Positions 60,274-64,000 of a stretch of DNA of 64,000 nt are shown here, one piece after another. The stretch comes from an uncultured Planctomycetota bacterium. Lineage in GTDB: Bacteria > Planctomycetota > Planctomycetia > Isosphaerales > Isosphaeraceae. A program made the translations under genes and the position numbers. The DNA lies in NCBI GenBank assembly GCA_963823665.1, contig CAWGMQ010000005.1, forward strand, positions 1,696,001 to 1,760,000, given 5' to 3'. The notes below the pieces were generated by a model, which was not told the DNA's origin, made no database searches, and saw nothing but the letters and a program-made list of their open reading frames with translations. Numbering within the stretch: the first letter of the stretch is position 1; each line of letters begins with the position of its first letter.

Positions 60274-62850
60274 TCAGCCTTTGGTCAAGACGCCGTCCAG
60301 ATTCAAGAGCACGTTTGCAACGGTGGTCCAGGCAGCCAGCTCGGCTGCGCTCGTTCCTGCCGGAAGCGATTCCGGCGCGGCGGCGGATAGATTCGCCGCG
60401 GACTGGGGATCGCTCTTGAACCGCTCGAATTCCGCGTCGAACAAAGCGACGAGCGGCTCGATCTGTTCGGGCTCGGGCCTCCGGCACAGGCAGAGATAGA
60501 GGCCAAATCGCACTCGCGCTCTCGAATCCGGTCCACCTTCGCGCACAATTCGCCGCGCCAGTGCCCCCGCAGCCTCGACGTAGACCGGGTCGTTCATGGT
60601 TACGAACGCCTGGAGAGGCGTGTTGGTGCGCACGCGCTTGATCGCACAGATTTCGCGGCTCGGAGCGTCAAAGGCGGCCATCGACGGATACGGCACGGTG
60701 CGGCGCCAGAACGTGTAGAGCCCGCGGCGGTACCGGTCTCTTCCCTGGCTGGTTGCCCAGGTGCGCTGGCCGTTAAATGCCGCCTGCCAGAGACCATCCG
60801 GCTGAGGAGGAAAGACGCTCGGCCCACCGAGCTTGCGCGAAAGCAGCCCGCTTGAGGCCATCGCCTGATCGCGCACCATCTCGGCCTCGAGCCTCATTCG
60901 CGGCGCCCGCGCTAACAAGCGGTTGCGCGGATCCCGCTCGCGGAGCTCGGCAGTGACCTTCGACGACTGCCGATAAGTCGCCGAAATCACGATCAACCGC
61001 AACAGGGCCTTGGTATCCCAGCCCGAATCCTGATAGAAAATCGCCAGCCAGTCCAGCAACTCGGGGTGGCTCGGCGGCTCGCCCTGGGTTCCGAAGTCTT
61101 CTTCCGTCTCGACGAGCCCTGTGCTGAAGACCTGCGACCAGAGTCGGTTAACAGCCACTCGGGCGGTGAGCGGATTCCGGCGGTCGGTCAACCAGCGCGC
61201 CAGTCCCAGCCGGTCCGGCGAAGTTCCGGGCGAAAGGGCATGCAGCGACACGGGCACTCCGGGCGCAACCACGTCTCCCGGATCGAGGAAATTCCCCTTC
61301 CGCAGCACCCGCGTGAAGCGCCGCTTTGCCGGCGGCAACTCAGCCATCACCGGCACGGACGGACTCACCGGACGCGCCTTCTCGAGTGCGGCAATCTTGC
61401 CGCGCAGCGGAGCCAGCTCCGGCGCGATCGATGCGAAATATCGTGCCAGTGCGAGAGCTTGCGGCTTGGTCCGCTTGCTATCGGGCAAGTCCGCGAGATC
61501 GAGCACGTCTTTCGGAACACCCTTGCGCGCGGCGGCGTTCGCTCCACGGAGAGTGCCTTCCCACCTCGCCTGTGCGGCCGCGAGACTCGTGAGGGCGTTC
61601 TCCTGCTCCTTCCGAAGAGCGGCAATCTGGCTGTCGAACAACCGAGACCGCTGGGCGATCTCCGGAGTGGGCGCGGCGATGACCGGGCTCTCGTCCGGCT
61701 GGTCGTTGTCAGCCGTCTGGTTGAAGATCGCGTAAAACTTGTAATAGTCCTCATGTGTAATCGGGTCGAACTTATGGCTGTGGCACTTGGCGCAGCCCAT
61801 GGTCAACCCCATGAAAACCTGCATCGTGGTGTCGACCCTGTCCTTGATCGCCGCCACCCGGAATTCTTCGTCGTCAGTGCCCCCTTCGGTGTTTGTCATC
61901 GTGTTCCGATGGAAAGCCGTTGCGATCTTCTGTTCGAGGGTCGCATCGGGGAGCAGGTCTCCGGCCATTTGCCAGAGCATGAATTGATCGAACGGCAGGT
62001 TGCGGTTGAACGCGTCCACGACCCAGTCACGGTATCGCCAGATGCTCTCGCGCAAGGGGTCTGAACCGTAACCTGCCGAGTCGGCGTAGCGAGCCTGGTC
62101 CAGCCACATGCGGGCCCAGCGCTCACCAAAGCCCGGGTCTGCGAGGAGGCGGTCGACGGCTCTCTCGTAGGCGTCGCTCGATTGATCTGCGACGAATCGC
62201 TCGATTTCTTCGAGTGTGGGCGGAAGACCGCGCAGGTCCAGGCTCAGCCGGCGCAGAAGCAGCGCCCGGCTTGCTTCGGGCGAGGGTTTCAGACCCTCTT
62301 TCTCCAGGCGATCGAGGATCCAGAAGTCGATGCCGCTTTTCGGCCACGACCTGTCTGCGACTCTGGGAATCGGTTTCGCTTGCGGGGCGAGGAACGCCCA
62401 GTGCGGCGCATATTCGGCTCCTTGCTCGATCCAGCGGCGCAGAACGGTGACCTCGGCCGTCGTCAATCGATTGCCGGCCTTGCGGGGCGGCATACGCATC
62501 GTGTCGTCTTCCTCGGTGATCCGCGCGATCAGCTCGCTGGATTCCGGATCGCCTGGGACGAGCGCCAAATCGCCGTTCTTGAGGGGCTTGACGGCCGAGT
62601 CGCGGCGGTCGAGCCTCAAGCCCTTGGCTCGCTTTGCCTCATCCTGGCCGTGGCAGGCAAAACAGTTCCGCGCCAGGATCGGTCGCACGTCGCGGTTATA
62701 GTTGACCTTGCCGGCGGATGCAGCCTGTTCCTCAGCGGCACTTACCAGAACCTCGCTGGTTCGCAGAATCAATCCCAGCGCGATGAGACAGCAAGGCACC
62801 CACACTCTTGACTGAGTGTTTCCGGCACAGGGGCGAACGCTCGCTTTCAT
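60274..62850 (-). CDS. PSD1 / planctomycete cytochrome C protein (DUF1549/DUF1553)
   Basis: YNRDVRPIL..CFACHG, WLDQARYADS, CAKCHSHKFDPI, PSHPELLDWLA, TNTPLQA. Confidence 0.93.
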   Translation of the reverse strand: MKASVRPCAGNTQSRVWVPCCLIALGLILRTSEVLVSAAEEQAASAGKVNYNRDVRPILARNCFACHGQDEAKRAKGLRLDRRDSAVKPLKNGDLALVPGDPESSELIARITEEDDTMRMPPRKAGNRLTTAEVTVLRRWIEQGAEYAPHWAFLAPQAKPIPRVADRSWPKSGIDFWILDRLEKEGLKPSPEASRALLLRRLSLDLRGLPPTLEEIERFVADQSSDAYERAVDRLLADPGFGERWARMWLDQARYADSAGYGSDPLRESIWRYRDWVVDAFNRNLPFDQFMLWQMAGDLLPDATLEQKIATAFHRNTMTNTEGGTDDEEFRVAAIKDRVDTTMQVFMGLTMGCAKCHSHKFDPITHEDYYKFYAIFNQTADNDQPDESPVIAAPTPEIAQRSRLFDSQIAALRKEQENALTSLAAAQARWEGTLRGANAAARKGVPKDVLDLADLPDSKRTKPQALALARYFASIAPELAPLRGKIAALEKARPVSPSVPVMAELPPAKRRFTRVLRKGNFLDPGDVVAPGVPVSLHALSPGTSPDRLGLARWLTDRRNPLTARVAVNRLWSQVFSTGLVETEEDFGTQGEPPSHPELLDWLAIFYQDSGWDTKALLRLIVISATYRQSSKVTAELRERDPRNRLLARAPRMRLEAEMVRDQAMASSGLLSRKLGGPSVFPPQPDGLWQAAFNGQRTWATSQGRDRYRRGLYTFWRRTVPYPSMAAFDAPSREICAIKRVRTNTPLQAFVTMNDPVYVEAAGALARRIVREGGPDSRARVRFGLYLCLCRRPEPEQIEPLVALFDAEFERFKSDPQSAANLSAAAPESLPAGTSAAELAAWTTVANVLLNLDGVLTKG

Positions 62851-63081
62851 GGATCTGGATCCTCGGGCGATTCGATCGCCGAGTGGACGGCTGGAAGTTA
62901 GCCTCATTAGGAGGCGGGCGGCTGGTTCACAATCCAGGCGGGTGTACAGGTACGTGCGGGCGGTGCCTCAAGCTTATTCTCCTTTTTTCCCGATCCGCGC
63001 TCAAGACCGTGAGATCGGCTGCCCGGGTCTCCGAGGACGTTGCTTGATAACACACCGTGCTCGGACCGGGCGCAGCTCCGT

Positions 63082-63846
63082 TCAAGCCGAATGAATGAGC
63101 TTATTGCATGAATCAACGAGGCCGCGAGCTGTTCCGAGCAGCTCCGGGTTCGTCTCGGCTTCACCCGACGTTTCCAATCGAAAGATGGAGCTTTCAAGAA
63201 TCGGGATGAGCGATTTCAATTCCTGGTTCGACCCTTCCGCGCGCTGTTTTCCGGAGTGCTGGGATAGGATGTCAGCCGCCTTGAGGATCAGTCTCGGAGG
63301 GCTGTTCGCGGAGTTGGATAGAATTCTTCGTGATCGCTCAATCCCGGCGACGGGATCTGCGATCGACAGAGAGTGCAATGCCAGGTACGTGAAGTTCGAG
63401 TTCTCGGGGTCGAGATCGCTAGCCCTTTGCAGAAACGCTGAGGCGATACGATACTCGCCTGCGGCCATCCAGATTCTGCCGCGCAAGTAGGCCAAGCTTG
63501 CAGGTGGAATGTGCTGTGAATGCTTACGCAGTAATCGGAGCGCACTGTCGAACTCGCGCGACTCGCGTGCTTGCACCGCTTCATCGAGATCAGACATCAC
63601 GTCTGCCGTGATCGGTAACAGGGTCGGTATAATCTCATCCGTCAATGAATAGAAATCGGCAGAGATTCCATTGAGACTTACAATCTCCTCTCCGGAAAGT
63701 CGACTCCCCGGATCTTCCATCCGCTCCCGCAGTACCTCGCCCTTTGAACTCTCATCCCATCCTTCTCTGATGGCCACGTGAAGGTCATAGAGAAGGCGAA
63801 AATAATTTATAAAGTCCGGGTCGCTAAAGAAGCTGTCAGTTGCCAT
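63082..63846 (-). CDS. Hypothetical protein with TPR-like C-terminal half
   Basis: AYLRGRIW...A.AFLQRASDLDPEN TPR signature. Confidence 0.65.
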   Translation of the reverse strand: MATDSFFSDPDFINYFRLLYDLHVAIREGWDESSKGEVLRERMEDPGSRLSGEEIVSLNGISADFYSLTDEIIPTLLPITADVMSDLDEAVQARESREFDSALRLLRKHSQHIPPASLAYLRGRIWMAAGEYRIASAFLQRASDLDPENSNFTYLALHSLSIADPVAGIERSRRILSNSANSPPRLILKAADILSQHSGKQRAEGSNQELKSLIPILESSIFRLETSGEAETNPELLGTARGLVDSCNKLIHSA

Positions 63847-63849
63847 ACT

Positions 63850-63999
63850 TCAAGTCTCGTCAATCACCCATTCGCCGTACGTCGCCGCAAGATCGTCCTG
63901 AAATTGCCGTACCTTCACTATTTGGATCGGCACGACGTTTCCGGCGCACGCGTTTCTTTCCTTAAGGACCAATCCGAGACAAGCATTCAACTGCTCTTC
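63850..63999 (-). CDS. 3' end of an ORF running off the window edge
   Basis: Open frame EEQLNACLGLVLKERNAC...WVIDET*, stop 3 bp before the next ATG. Confidence 0.5.
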   Translation of the reverse strand, partial: EEQLNACLGLVLKERNACAGNVVPIQIVKVRQFQDDLAATYGEWVIDET

Positions 64000-64000
64000 A

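Noticed and set aside
1..64000. CRISPR array, tRNA, rRNA, integrase or prophage genes
   Set aside because: None recognised by eye; small structured RNAs cannot be excluded without a covariance-model search

Overview
GC-rich bacterial DNA, almost certainly a planctomycete (Isosphaeraceae-like by gene content: PVC-type heme-binding proteins, PSD1/DUF1553 plus DUF1501, DUF4058, Fae, long membrane-anchored ECF sigma factors). About 55 CDSs; I saw no rRNA, tRNA or CRISPR array. 1-7 kb is an accessory, decaying region: Zn-ribbon/ACP-like protein, a coupled ParB-like plus small helical gene pair, a SUKH-like protein, remnants of a RAYT-like transposase, hxlR and miaE, and an orphan eutC. 7-31 kb holds housekeeping and metabolic genes (rsmA, ribE, bcp, fae, pit, sugar catabolism, diguanylate cyclase). 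Many carry small indels, probably long-read errors. 31-51 kb has three membrane-anchored ECF sigma factors (one with a DNRLRE-like domain, two with a TlpA-like CxxC redoxin) that share an upstream DNA motif. It also has a transporter-E1-E2-SDR catabolic operon and a PemK TA / HD dNTPase-like / di-heme cytochrome block. 51-64 kb: alkD-like, HDIG, methyltransferase, SelA-like PLP enzyme, M1 aminopeptidase, nadE, DUF1501/PSD1, and the start of an AT-richer segment. Best candidates for undescribed biology are the sigma-redoxin fusions with a shared promoter-like motif and the ParB-like micro gene pair. All family assignments come from motif recognition by eye, not from database searches.
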